Shown here: piece by piece, positions 18,020 through 26,675 of the stretch
How the letters are laid out: every line of letters starts with the position of its first letter
Numbering within the stretch: position 1 is the first letter of the stretch
NCBI GenBank assembly: GCA_964658025.1
Contig: CAZZXB010000009.1
Location: 14,809 to 41,610, forward strand
Length of the DNA: 26,802 nt
Source of the DNA: an uncultured Janthinobacterium sp.
GTDB taxonomy: Bacteria; Vulcanimicrobiota; Vulcanimicrobiia; Vulcanimicrobiales; Vulcanimicrobiaceae
Direction: 5' to 3'
Position numbers and translations under genes: made by a program
Notes under the pieces: generated by a model
Databases searched by the model: none
What the model was told of the DNA's origin: nothing
The model's input: the letters and a program-made list of their open reading frames with translations, nothing else

Positions 18020-20271
18020 GCGATCCCTCCGGCGGTCGCGAGCGCGACGCGCGCGAGCGTCACGGCGTCGCCGTCGCGAAACGCGGAAGCCGGCGCCTCG
18101 GGCAAGCCGTCGACGATCCGCACGACCTTCGCGAGCGCGCCGCGATCGATCCGCACGGTGAGACCGGAGAGCGAGGCGCCGTTCGCCGCGGCGAGGTCGA
18201 CGAGATCGCCCTCGGCGAGCGCGAGCGCGGCGGCCGTCTCGGGCGCGAGCGTCGCGCTCGCCCGCGGTCGCAAGGGCGCGAAGCGTTCGTCGAAATACGA
18301 CGTCCCGCCGCCCGCCATGATATCGGCCGCGACCGCGACGCGCAGACCGCCGGGATCCGCGTTCGCCGCCGGAAGTTTGGGACCGAACGAATCGTCGCCG
18401 AACGCGAACGTCGAGGCGGCGAGCGGGGTCGTCGCGAGCGTCTCGAGTTCGTCCGGCGTCGGGATCGCGACGCCGAGTTCGTCCGCGAGCGCGACGAGCA
18501 TCTCGCCGTCCGCGAGCGGGCCGAGCGGCGCGACGTGCCCGGCCCGGACGCTCTGGATCTCGCCCGTCGCCGCATACGTGTGACCGGATTTTTCGAACGC
18601 GCCGAGCGCGGGTAGGACGAGGTTCGCGAGCGACGCCGTCTCCGTCATGAAGAGCTCCGTCGCGACGACGAACGGCACGTTCGCGAGCGCCGCGCGCGTC
18701 GCCGCCGTGCCGCCGGGATGCGAGAGGACGGGATTGGCTCCGAAGATCTGGAGCACGCGGAGCGCGCCCGCGCGCGCCGCGCCGAGCATCCCCGCGACGT
18801 CGGCTCCGCCGTCGCGCGGCACGAGCCCGAATCGTTCCGCGCCGCGCGCGTTACTCTGTTCGCTCGCGATGTACCCGAACACGCTCGCGCCCGACGCCGC
18901 GATCTCGTCCATCGTCGCGGCCGCACGCGCGCCGAGTTCGAGATCGATGCCGTCCCACACGAAGGCGACGCGCGAGAATCCGGCGAGCGCCGCGGCGACG
19001 CCTTCGAAGCCTTCGACGCGTCCGGCGTTCACGAACGATTCCGCCGCGTGCACGCCCGCCGTCGCGTAGCGCGCGCCGCCGCGCGTGACGGCCTTGCGGA
19101 TCCGCAGATCCATGACGGGCGCCGTTTGCGACGGCGGCCGGCCGATCGCGACGATCGCCTGCGCCCGTTCGAGATCGACGAGCGCTCCCGAAAAGCGTCC
19201 GGGCGTCGCCTGACGCTGACGGCCCGCGCGCCAATCGAGATGGCGGACGCCGAGCCCACGCATCGTCCGTTCGAGCACGACGATCTCTTCGCTCAACAAG
19301 CGCGCGCCGCCGATCGCGCCGACCGATTCGGGTCCCGCTTGGGCGATCGCCTCGCGGAGTTTCTGCGCCCAGAGCGCGATCGCGTCGTCCCACGAGAGTT
19401 GGATCCAGTCGTCGCCCGAACGCAACAGCGGGCTCGTGACGCGCCGCTCGTCGGCATAGAAGCCGATGTCGTACCGGCCGCGATCGCAGAGCCAGCCGTC
19501 GGACATCTCGTCGTCGTCCGGGACGGACATCGTGCGTTGGACGTTGCCGTACCGTTCGTCGACGTTGAGCTTGCAGCCGACGGCGCACTGCGTGCACGTC
19601 GTCTCCGTCCGCACGTTGTCCCACGGGCGCGATTTGAAGCGATACGTTTTCGACGTGAGCGCGCCGACGGGGCACAACTCGGTGACGTTCCCGCTGAAGT
19701 TCGAACGATACGGTTCGCCGGTCGCCGTCGAGATCACGTCGCGCTGGCCGCGATCCTTCACGACGAGCGACCGCTCGTTCGTGATGATCTCGTCGAAACG
19801 CGAACAGCGCTGGCAGACGATGCACCGCTCGTCGTCGAGCACGATCGTCGGCCCGAGATCGATCGCCTTGGGCTTCTGCGCTTTCGCGTCGGCGAGTCGC
19901 GAGTTGCCGCGACCGTACGCCATCGAAAAATCCTGGAGATCGCACTCGCCGCCCTTGTCGCAGATCGGGCAGTCCAAGGGATGGTTCAGCAGTAAGAATT
20001 CCATCACGGCGCGCCGACCGTCTTCGACCTTCTGACCGCGCGTGTGGACGACCATCCCTTCGGTCACCGCGGTGTTGCAGGCGATCTGTAACTTCGGCGC
20101 CTTCTCGACGTCGACGAGACAGATCCGACAGAGTCCGGCCGGTCCGAGTTTGGGATGGTAGCAGTAGACGGGAACGTCCGTCTCGACGCGTTTGGCCGCT
20201 TCGACGATGAGCGTGCCCGCGGGGACGGTGACGGTCGTCCCGTCGATGGTCAACGTTACGTCGTCAGCCAC
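18016..20271 (-). CDS. nuoG: NADH-quinone oxidoreductase subunit G
   Basis: N1b CYHP...CRICLV...C, N5 HPLDCPICDKGGEC, N4 CIVCQRC...CPVG and N7 CTQCAVGC...C motifs; molybdopterin-oxidoreductase-like C-terminus. Confidence 0.95.
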   Translation of the reverse strand: MADDVTLTIDGTTVTVPAGTLIVEAAKRVETDVPVYCYHPKLGPAGLCRICLVDVEKAPKLQIACNTAVTEGMVVHTRGQKVEDGRRAVMEFLLLNHPLDCPICDKGGECDLQDFSMAYGRGNSRLADAKAQKPKAIDLGPTIVLDDERCIVCQRCSRFDEIITNERSLVVKDRGQRDVISTATGEPYRSNFSGNVTELCPVGALTSKTYRFKSRPWDNVRTETTCTQCAVGCKLNVDERYGNVQRTMSVPDDDEMSDGWLCDRGRYDIGFYADERRVTSPLLRSGDDWIQLSWDDAIALWAQKLREAIAQAGPESVGAIGGARLLSEEIVVLERTMRGLGVRHLDWRAGRQRQATPGRFSGALVDLERAQAIVAIGRPPSQTAPVMDLRIRKAVTRGGARYATAGVHAAESFVNAGRVEGFEGVAAALAGFSRVAFVWDGIDLELGARAAATMDEIAASGASVFGYIASEQSNARGAERFGLVPRDGGADVAGMLGAARAGALRVLQIFGANPVLSHPGGTAATRAALANVPFVVATELFMTETASLANLVLPALGAFEKSGHTYAATGEIQSVRAGHVAPLGPLADGEMLVALADELGVAIPTPDELETLATTPLAASTFAFGDDSFGPKLPAANADPGGLRVAVAADIMAGGGTSYFDERFAPLRPRASATLAPETAAALALAEGDLVDLAAANGASLSGLTVRIDRGALAKVVRIVDGLPEAPASAFRDGDAVTLARVALATAGGIA

Positions 20272-20365
20272 GAGTCGTGCTTCTCGCGTTTCGAACGGCG
20301 AGCGGGAATCGCCGACGGGCGAACCCGATCGCGACCGGGACCCAATTCTCGCCGAGCCGGCGCAT
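20264..20365 (-). CDS. candidate 33-aa microprotein MRRLGENWVPVAIGFARRRFPLAVRNARSTTRG
   Basis: GAGGGA 7 nt before ATG 20365; stop overlaps the nuoG start by 8 nt; GC3-rich codons in the first half. Confidence 0.4.
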   Translation of the reverse strand: MRRLGENWVPVAIGFARRRFPLAVRNARSTTRG

Positions 20366-20376
20366 GCGACGTTCCC

Positions 20377-20562
20377 TCACGCGCGCGTGTCGCCCGCGTC
20401 CGCGCCGACCGGGTCGGAGCGATCGGCGCGACTGCGCCGGAGGCCGATGATGACGAGCACCGCGACGATCGCGGCGAGCACGAACCACTTCGTCTTGCCG
20501 CCCTTCTCGGGGACGAGTTCGAGTTCCATCGGATCGGCCGCGATCGTGTCGACGTTGTCCAT
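20377..20562 (-). CDS. 61-aa single-pass membrane protein inside the nuo operon
   Basis: ATG 7 nt after the nuoF stop with purine-rich AGAAAG; acidic N-terminus, TM WFVLAAIVAVLVIIGL flanked by KTK and RRSR; host-like codons. Confidence 0.7.
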   Translation of the reverse strand: MDNVDTIAADPMELELVPEKGGKTKWFVLAAIVAVLVIIGLRRSRADRSDPVGADAGDTRA

Positions 20563-20569
20563 GTTCTTT

Positions 20570-21838
20570 CTATGCGCTCGCGAGCACGCGCTCGGGCGAC
20601 CGGACGTAGGAGCGAAACTGGGATTCGAAGCGCTTGACGGCGGAGGCGAGAAACGGTTCGATGGAATCGCCGAGCGGACAGAGATTGAGCCCCGTCATCT
20701 GATGCGAGACGGCGAGCAACATATCGATATCCGAATCGAGACCGCCGCCCGCGAGCAGGCGTTCGAGCGTGACCTCGAGCCAATGGCCGCCTTCGCGACA
20801 CGGCGTGCATTGCCCGCACGATTCGTGCGCGTAGAAGCGCACGAGCGCGAGCGAGGCCTCGACGAAATCGGTCGTATCGTCGAAGAACACGACGGCGCCC
20901 GAGCCGAGCATCGTGCCGTTCTGCGCCATCGAGTCGAAATCGTAGCCGAGATCGAGATGCTCCGCGAACAACATCGCCGAGGATCCGCCGCCGGGCTGTA
21001 CCGCCACGATCGTGCGGCCGTCGCGCGGCCCGCCCGCGATCTCGAGCAGTTCGCGCAGCGGCGTGCCGAGCGGCACTTCGTAGTTTCCCGGCTTCTTCAC
21101 GTGTCCGCTGATCGAGACGATCTTGTATCCGGGGGAACGCTCGGGCCCGACGCTCGCGAACCATTTCGCGCCGTTGCGCAGGATGGACGGAAGGGTCGCG
21201 AGCGTCTCGACGTTATTGACGACCGTCGGTTCGCCATAGAGCCCGCGCACCGCCGGGAACGGCGGTTTGAGCCGCGGTTCGCCGCGCCGGCCTTCGAGCG
21301 AATTCAATAACGCCGTCTCTTCGCCGCAGATGTACGCGCCCGCGCCGCGGTGGACCGTGATCTCGATCCCGGTGGACGTGCCGAGCACGTTCGAACCGAC
21401 GAAACCCGCCGCGCGCGCCTCGGCGAGCGCCTTCGTGAAGATCTCGTACCCGCGTTCGAACTCGCCGCGGATGTAGATGAACGCGTGCTTCGAGCCGATC
21501 GCGTACGCGCCGATCAGCATCCCCTCGATCACGAGATGCGGCGTCTCCTCGAGGAGCATGTGATCTTTGAACGTGCCGGGTTCGGCCTCGTCGCAATTAC
21601 AGACCATGTAACGCGGACGATCGTTCTTCGGGAGGAACGACCACTTCTTACCCGTCGGAAATCCGGCGCCGCCGCGACCGCGCAGACCGCTGTCGCTCGT
21701 GATCTGCGCGATCTCCGCGGGCGTCATCTCCGTCACCGCGCGCTGCCACATCTCGTAGCCGCCCGTCTCGCGATAGACCGCGATGTCGCGCAGATTCGCC
21801 TCGCCGATGCCGGCGGTGAGCACTTTGACGACCGGCAT
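20570..21838 (-). CDS. nuoF: NADH-quinone oxidoreductase subunit F
   Basis: Start MPVVKVL with TGATG overlap to nuoE; GLRGRGGAGFPTG, DEAEPGTFKD, GAGAYICGEETAL and N3 CGQCTPC...C. Confidence 0.97.
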   Translation of the reverse strand: MPVVKVLTAGIGEANLRDIAVYRETGGYEMWQRAVTEMTPAEIAQITSDSGLRGRGGAGFPTGKKWSFLPKNDRPRYMVCNCDEAEPGTFKDHMLLEETPHLVIEGMLIGAYAIGSKHAFIYIRGEFERGYEIFTKALAEARAAGFVGSNVLGTSTGIEITVHRGAGAYICGEETALLNSLEGRRGEPRLKPPFPAVRGLYGEPTVVNNVETLATLPSILRNGAKWFASVGPERSPGYKIVSISGHVKKPGNYEVPLGTPLRELLEIAGGPRDGRTIVAVQPGGGSSAMLFAEHLDLGYDFDSMAQNGTMLGSGAVVFFDDTTDFVEASLALVRFYAHESCGQCTPCREGGHWLEVTLERLLAGGGLDSDIDMLLAVSHQMTGLNLCPLGDSIEPFLASAVKRFESQFRSYVRSPERVLASA

Positions 21839-22608
21839 CAGTGGCCGCCCGTCGTCGTCGGGCCCGCATCTATGCGCGCCGCACCATCGCGAATCAATCG
21901 TTCCTCCGTCGGTCGGACTTCGACCGGATAGGGTCGCTTCTCCAAGCGTTCGATCATCTCCACGCCCGTCGCGTCGCCGAGACCGCCCGGCGCGTTCGGC
22001 GCCACGACCTCGCGCGCGCCGACCGACTTCCGATCGGTCGCCGACGCGACGCGCCAATCGCGACCGGGCGCCGCCGTCTGCGGGAGCGGTGCGATCTCGA
22101 ACGTTCCCGCGCGCATCGCGTCGAGCATCGCGTCGACTTTCGCTTCGGTGAGATCGTAGACGAACTGCAGGTTCACTTGCATGCACGGCGCGCGATCGCA
22201 CGCCGCGAGACATTCGGACTCTTCGTACGAGAAGAGCCCGTCGCTCGTCGTCTCGTTGTGCCCGATTCCGAGATTCTCGCGGAAGCGCCGCATCACGGCG
22301 CCCGCGCCGTTGATGACGCACGACAGATTCCGACACGGTTGGAGCATGTAGCGTCCGACCGGCCGACGGTGGAAGAGCGTGTAGAACGACGCCGTCGACT
22401 CCGCGATCGAGACGGGGACGCCGACCCAGAGCGCGGCGTGTTCGATCCCCTCGGGCGAGAGCCACCCTTCTTCGTTCTGGAACGCGTGCATGATCGGCAA
22501 CAGGGCGCTACGCGCCTGCCCTTCGGGATAGAGCGCGATGAGCCGTCGCGCTTCGGGTTCGACGCGCGCGACGATCGCCGCGACGTCGCGCTCGTGCGTG
22601 ACGCTCAT
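21838..22608 (-). CDS. nuoE: NADH-quinone oxidoreductase subunit E (with C-terminal extension)
   Basis: SALLPIMH, ASFYTLF, and [2Fe-2S] CRNLSC...ECLAAC. Confidence 0.95.
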   Translation of the reverse strand: MSVTHERDVAAIVARVEPEARRLIALYPEGQARSALLPIMHAFQNEEGWLSPEGIEHAALWVGVPVSIAESTASFYTLFHRRPVGRYMLQPCRNLSCVINGAGAVMRRFRENLGIGHNETTSDGLFSYEESECLAACDRAPCMQVNLQFVYDLTEAKVDAMLDAMRAGTFEIAPLPQTAAPGRDWRVASATDRKSVGAREVVAPNAPGGLGDATGVEMIERLEKRPYPVEVRPTEERLIRDGAARIDAGPTTTGGH

Positions 22609-23828
22609 CGATCGACCTCGCCGAAAACGGGATCGAGCGAACCGATCATCACGACGACGTCCGCGAGAAGATTCCCCGGCGCCATCGCCTTGAGCGCTTG
22701 GAGGTTGTACATCGACGGCGGCCTGGTGCGCACGCGGTACGGACGGTTGTCGCCGTTGGAGACGACGTAGTACCCGAGCTCGCCGCGCGGCGATTCGATC
22801 GCCTGATACACGTCGCCCGGCGGAACGCGGAACGACTCGCTGACGATCTTGAAGTGGTGGATGAGCGCCTCCATCGAGAGCGCGATCGTCTCTTTGGGCG
22901 GTTGGGCGATCTTGGGATTGTCGACCATGATCGGACCCGGCGTGTCGAGTTCCCTACGGATCTGCTCGCAGATGCGCATCGATTCGTCCATCTCGTCGAG
23001 CCGCACGAGAAAGCGCGCGTACGCGTCGCCTTCGGTTCGCGTCGGAACCTCGAACGCGTACTTCTCGTAGCCGCTGTACGGAAACGCCTTGCGCACGTCG
23101 TAGACGATCCCGCTCGCGCGCAGCGTCGGGCCCGTGAGACCCCAGGCGAGCGCGTCTTCTGGCGAGATCGTGCCGACGTCGATCATGCGATCGCGCAGGA
23201 TCGGATTGTTCTGCAGTAACGTGCGCAACTCGCGCATGCGGATCGGAAATTTTTCGATCAGCGCGTCGAGCTTGCCGAGAAAACCCTCGGGGATATCGCC
23301 GTTGAGGCCGCCGATGCGCAAGTAATTCGGATGCATCCGCGCGCCGCCGGAGAGCTCGACGAGATCGAGCACGTCCTCGCGGATGTCGAAGGTGTAGAAG
23401 AACGTCGAGATCGCGCCGAGATCGATCCCGCCCGTGCCGAGCCACACGCAGTGCGACGAGATGCGCGTGAGCTCGCAGAGCATCACGCGGATCGCCTGCG
23501 CGCGCCACGGAATCTGCTCCGTGATGCCGAGCAGCTTCTCGACCGCGAGCACGTAGCACATCGCGTTGCCGAGCGGCGAGAGATAATCCATCCGCTCGAT
23601 GACCGTTCCGGCCTGCGTCCAGAACAGATTTTCGGCCGACTTCTCGATGCCGGTGTGGAGGTAGCCGATCTCCATATCGGCCTTCTCGACGATCTCGCCC
23701 GAGACTTCGGCGATGACTTGCAACACGCCGTGCGTCGAGGGATGCTGCGGCCCCATCGAGAGCGTCATCGTGTTGCCCGAACGCTCGACGACGTCCATGG
23801 AGAGCGGGATCGGGACGGTCGCGCTCAC
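22605..23828 (-). CDS. nuoD: NADH-quinone oxidoreductase subunit D
   Basis: MGPQHPSTHGVL, GYLHTGIEK, RMDYL, ESPRGELG and C-terminal GEVDR. Confidence 0.97.
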   Translation of the reverse strand: MSATVPIPLSMDVVERSGNTMTLSMGPQHPSTHGVLQVIAEVSGEIVEKADMEIGYLHTGIEKSAENLFWTQAGTVIERMDYLSPLGNAMCYVLAVEKLLGITEQIPWRAQAIRVMLCELTRISSHCVWLGTGGIDLGAISTFFYTFDIREDVLDLVELSGGARMHPNYLRIGGLNGDIPEGFLGKLDALIEKFPIRMRELRTLLQNNPILRDRMIDVGTISPEDALAWGLTGPTLRASGIVYDVRKAFPYSGYEKYAFEVPTRTEGDAYARFLVRLDEMDESMRICEQIRRELDTPGPIMVDNPKIAQPPKETIALSMEALIHHFKIVSESFRVPPGDVYQAIESPRGELGYYVVSNGDNRPYRVRTRPPSMYNLQALKAMAPGNLLADVVVMIGSLDPVFGEVDR

Positions 23829-24436
23829 GAGCCCTCACCGTCCTGTCCGCGCGCGCGCGCGATCTGCCGTTGGAGCGCCGCGGCGGTCTTACCCGACGGC
23901 GGCGCGCCCGCGGGCACGTTACTCTTGAGTGCGAACGCGGGTCGCGGCGTCGCCTCGCGCGCGGGTCCGCGCAACGGATAATCCTTACGCAACGGATGGC
24001 CTTCCCAGTCGTAGGGGAGTTGGATGCGTTTGAGATCGGGATGCCCCGCGAACGAGATACCGAAGAGATCGAAGATCTCGCGCTCGGCCCAATCGGCGTT
24101 CGGCCAGAGCCCCGTCAGCGACGGCAGCGTCGGCGTCTCACCGCCCACGCCGACGAGCACGCGAACGCGACGCGGCGTCCCGACTTGCGCGACGGTCGAC
24201 GTGTCGCTCGGAAAGAGCATGACGTGGTACACGACGTCGAAGCGCGGCTCGCGCGGCAGATAGTCGACGCCGCCGATGTCGACGAGCATCGCGCGTCCGC
24301 CCGCGCGCAACTCGCGCATCGTCTCGAGCAACGCATCGGGTTCGATGCGCCGGATCTCGGCGTCCGTGATGGGTTGGCGGACGGCGGTCGGATCGACCGC
24401 GAGTCCCGCGATCGACGGCGATTGCGAACTCGGCAT
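23825..24436 (-). CDS. nuoC: NADH-quinone oxidoreductase subunit C
   Basis: RFDVVYH, ADWAEREIFDLFGISFAGHPDLKRI and GHPLRKDYPL. Confidence 0.96.
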   Translation of the reverse strand: MPSSQSPSIAGLAVDPTAVRQPITDAEIRRIEPDALLETMRELRAGGRAMLVDIGGVDYLPREPRFDVVYHVMLFPSDTSTVAQVGTPRRVRVLVGVGGETPTLPSLTGLWPNADWAEREIFDLFGISFAGHPDLKRIQLPYDWEGHPLRKDYPLRGPAREATPRPAFALKSNVPAGAPPSGKTAAALQRQIARARGQDGEGS

Positions 24437-24439
24437 CCG

Positions 24440-24913
24440 TTACGCTCGCGCCAGGAGACCGCCGCGACCTCCTTGCCGGATCTGTTGTTGGATGAGGTTG
24501 AGCGCGTAGAGCAGGCCGTCGGGCGTCGGCGGACAGCCCGGCACGTAGACGTCGACCGGGACGACGGTATCGACGCCCTGGACGATCGCGTAGTTGTCGA
24601 ACACGCCGCCCGAACTCGCGCACGCGCCCATCGAGATCACCCACTTCGGATCGGCCATCTGATCGTAGAGCCGTTTGATGATCGGCGCCATCTTGTGCGC
24701 GACGCGACCGGAGACGATCATGAGATCGGCCTGACGCGGCGACGCGCGGAAGACTTCCGAGCCGAAGCGCGCGATGTCGTACGTCGAATTCGTCACGCTC
24801 ATCATCTCGATCGCGCAACACGCGAGGCCCATCGTCAGCGGCCACACGGACGAACTCTGCGCCCAGCGCATCGCGTCGTCCACCTTACCGAGCATGAACT
24901 GCCCGGGCATCAT
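24440..24913 (-). CDS. nuoB: NADH-quinone oxidoreductase subunit B
   Basis: [26 protein letters not shown] and VPGCPP; ATGA overlap with nuoA. Confidence 0.97.
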   Translation of the reverse strand: MMPGQFMLGKVDDAMRWAQSSSVWPLTMGLACCAIEMMSVTNSTYDIARFGSEVFRASPRQADLMIVSGRVAHKMAPIIKRLYDQMADPKWVISMGACASSGGVFDNYAIVQGVDTVVPVDVYVPGCPPTPDGLLYALNLIQQQIRQGGRGGLLARA

Positions 24914-25263
24914 CTCCACTGGAAGCCGCCTTTCCGCCACACGTAGGCGTACCCGATTCCGAGCACGATCACGAACGCGATCATCTCGACGAGACCGTAG
25001 ACGCGAAGCGCCCGCATCTGCACGGCCCACGGATAGAAAGACGCCGCCTCGACGTCGAAGATCACGAACAGCATCGCGACGAGGTAGAAACGGATCGGAA
25101 ATCGGCCGCCGACGGCCGACGTCGGCTCGACGCCGCACTCGTAGGCTTCGGATTTGACGGCGTTGGGTTTGCGTCGCGCGAGCAATCCCGGAACGCCGCA
25201 GAAGGCCGCGGAGAATGCCGCCGCGACGACCAAGAAAACGGCGACCGGAGCGTAGGGATTCAT
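24910..25263 (-). CDS. nuoA: NADH-quinone oxidoreductase subunit A
   Basis: [23 protein letters not shown] and [11 protein letters not shown] 25263 preferred over TTG 25284. Confidence 0.96.
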   Translation of the reverse strand: MNPYAPVAVFLVVAAAFSAAFCGVPGLLARRKPNAVKSEAYECGVEPTSAVGGRFPIRFYLVAMLFVIFDVEAASFYPWAVQMRALRVYGLVEMIAFVIVLGIGYAYVWRKGGFQWR

Positions 25264-25322
25264 TTGCCCTGATGAGTTTCGCAAGGGGCGGGGCGGTCCT
25301 CCGGTCCGTTGAAGGAGGGCGC

Positions 25323-25673
25323 ATGATGCTCCGTCTGACCGTTCTCGGATCGCTCGCCGCGTTCGCGCTCCTCGGCGCGAAGGGATGCGATTCGAACTAC
25401 ATCGGCGTGCAAGACTACGGCTCGATCCAAGGCAACGTCGTCGACGGCAAAGGGAAGCCCATCGTGCAGGCGATCGTCTACGTCGGTTCGCTCTCCACGA
25501 TCCGCAGCGACCAGAACGGCGCGTTCTTGCTCGAGAAGGTCCCGGCGGGCGAGCAGACCGTGAACGCCTCGCTCGGCGGCTATGCGACCGGCTCCGCGAC
25601 CGTCATCGTCCGCAAAGACAAGCAGGTCGCCGCGGGCAACATCGTCCTCACGCAACTGACCGTCTCTCCGTAA
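25323..25673 (+). CDS. putative lipoprotein with carboxypeptidase-regulatory-like (prealbumin-like) beta domain
   Basis: GGAGG before ATG 25323; hydrophobic signal ending LLGAKG|C; pattern [15 protein letters not shown]...[26 protein letters not shown]. Confidence 0.8.
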   Translation: MMLRLTVLGSLAAFALLGAKGCDSNYIGVQDYGSIQGNVVDGKGKPIVQAIVYVGSLSTIRSDQNGAFLLEKVPAGEQTVNASLGGYATGSATVIVRKDKQVAAGNIVLTQLTVSP

Positions 25674-25706
25674 GGACCCGGACGCCGGCGGAGGTCGCAA
25701 GGTCCG

Positions 25707-26675
25707 CTAGCCGTCGCGGAGGGACGCGTCGAGACGACGCGCGAGGGCCGCGATCGTGTCGATCGTCGGCGTGACCACGTCGAGTCGCCGCGCGATCCGT
25801 CGCGGCACCTCGAGTAACGCCTCGATCTCGAGCGCGCGTCCGCGTTCGGCGTCCTGCAACATCGACGGCTTGAAGTCGCCGAGCCGGTCGATGGCGGCGA
25901 GCGTCGCCTCCGACTCGTCGTCGATCGAAAGCCCGAGGGCGATCGCGATCGCGGTCGCTTCGCCCCAACCCGCGACGACGAACGCGCGCAGATCGGGATC
26001 GGCGACGATCCGTCGCGGCGACGAACGCGTGAGCGCGGCGAGCGGGTTGAAGATCATGTTCTGCATGAGCTTCTTCCACACGTCGACGTGCACGTGCGCC
26101 GAGGCGGCCGCCGGCAATCCCGCGTCGCCGAAGGCGTCCAGGATACGGGCGAGTTCGCTCGCCTTGCCGCCCGTCACGTCGCCGAGCGCGAGTCCGCGCA
26201 CGAAGCTCACGCGCGAGAGCCCGGGCTCGGGCGACGACGTCCCCGCGGTGACGACGCAACCGAAGACGCGTTCCGTCGGGATCGCACGCGCGATCGCCGC
26301 TCCGTCGCGGACGACGTCGCGAAGCGCGTCCGCGCGCGCGGACGTCCGCGGGAACCACCACGGCACGCCGTTGAGCGCCGCGACGACGACCGTCCGGTCG
26401 TCGCAGAGTTCGGCGACGGACGACGCGACGAGCGGGATCGCATCGTTCTTCACGGCGAGGACGACCGCGTCCGCGATCCCGAGGTCGCGCGGCGAATCGC
26501 CGAACGCGCCGGGCGCGCGCTCGATCCGTCCGTCGACCTCGACGCGCCAGCCGTACCGGCGGAGCGCTTCGAGCGTGGCGCCGCGCGCCAGCCCGCGCAC
26601 GTCGTGACCGCGTCGCGCGAGCGCCGCGCCGAGCCACACGCCGATCGCCCCGGTTCCGACGACCGCGATCTTCAC
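25707..26675 (-). CDS. panE: ketopantoate reductase (PanE/ApbA) family protein
   Basis: GTG start MKIAVVGTGAIG (Rossmann fold), LAVK, LNG, WKKL...N and KPSMLQDAERGRALEIEA. Confidence 0.85.
   Translation of the reverse strand: MKIAVVGTGAIGVWLGAALARRGHDVRGLARGATLEALRRYGWRVEVDGRIERAPGAFGDSPRDLGIADAVVLAVKNDAIPLVASSVAELCDDRTVVVAALNGVPWWFPRTSARADALRDVVRDGAAIARAIPTERVFGCVVTAGTSSPEPGLSRVSFVRGLALGDVTGGKASELARILDAFGDAGLPAAASAHVHVDVWKKLMQNMIFNPLAALTRSSPRRIVADPDLRAFVVAGWGEATAIAIALGLSIDDESEATLAAIDRLGDFKPSMLQDAERGRALEIEALLEVPRRIARRLDVVTPTIDTIAALARRLDASLRDG

Noticed and set aside
19480..19600. Extra CxxCxxGC...C cluster motif in NuoG
   Set aside because: This is the known N7 cluster also present in E. coli and Thermus; not novel.
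20272..20562. The 61-aa ORF is in frame with nuoG, separated by one TGA, suggesting readthrough or selenocysteine giving a membrane-anchored NuoG
   Set aside because: Frame coincidence has a 1-in-3 chance and 35 stop-free codons are expected at this GC content. The linker is not protein-like, no convincing SECIS was seen, and nuoG has a normal N-terminus.
10712..24946. Long plus-strand and alternative-frame ORFs across the nuo operon (e.g. 564, 564, 425 and 372 aa)
   Set aside because: Arg/Asp/Glu-rich shadow frames expected from GC-rich codon usage; no motifs or start signals.
25269..25315. CTGATGAG resembling a hammerhead ribozyme core
   Set aside because: No stem II followed by CGAAA and no stem I/III pairing could be found.
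12148..25324. Track versions of nuoM, nuoL, nuoI, nuoF and nuoB with long N-terminal extensions
   Set aside because: The extensions overlap the upstream nuo genes out of frame; coupled starts at 13572, 15500, 17006, 21838 and 24913 fit the known N-termini.
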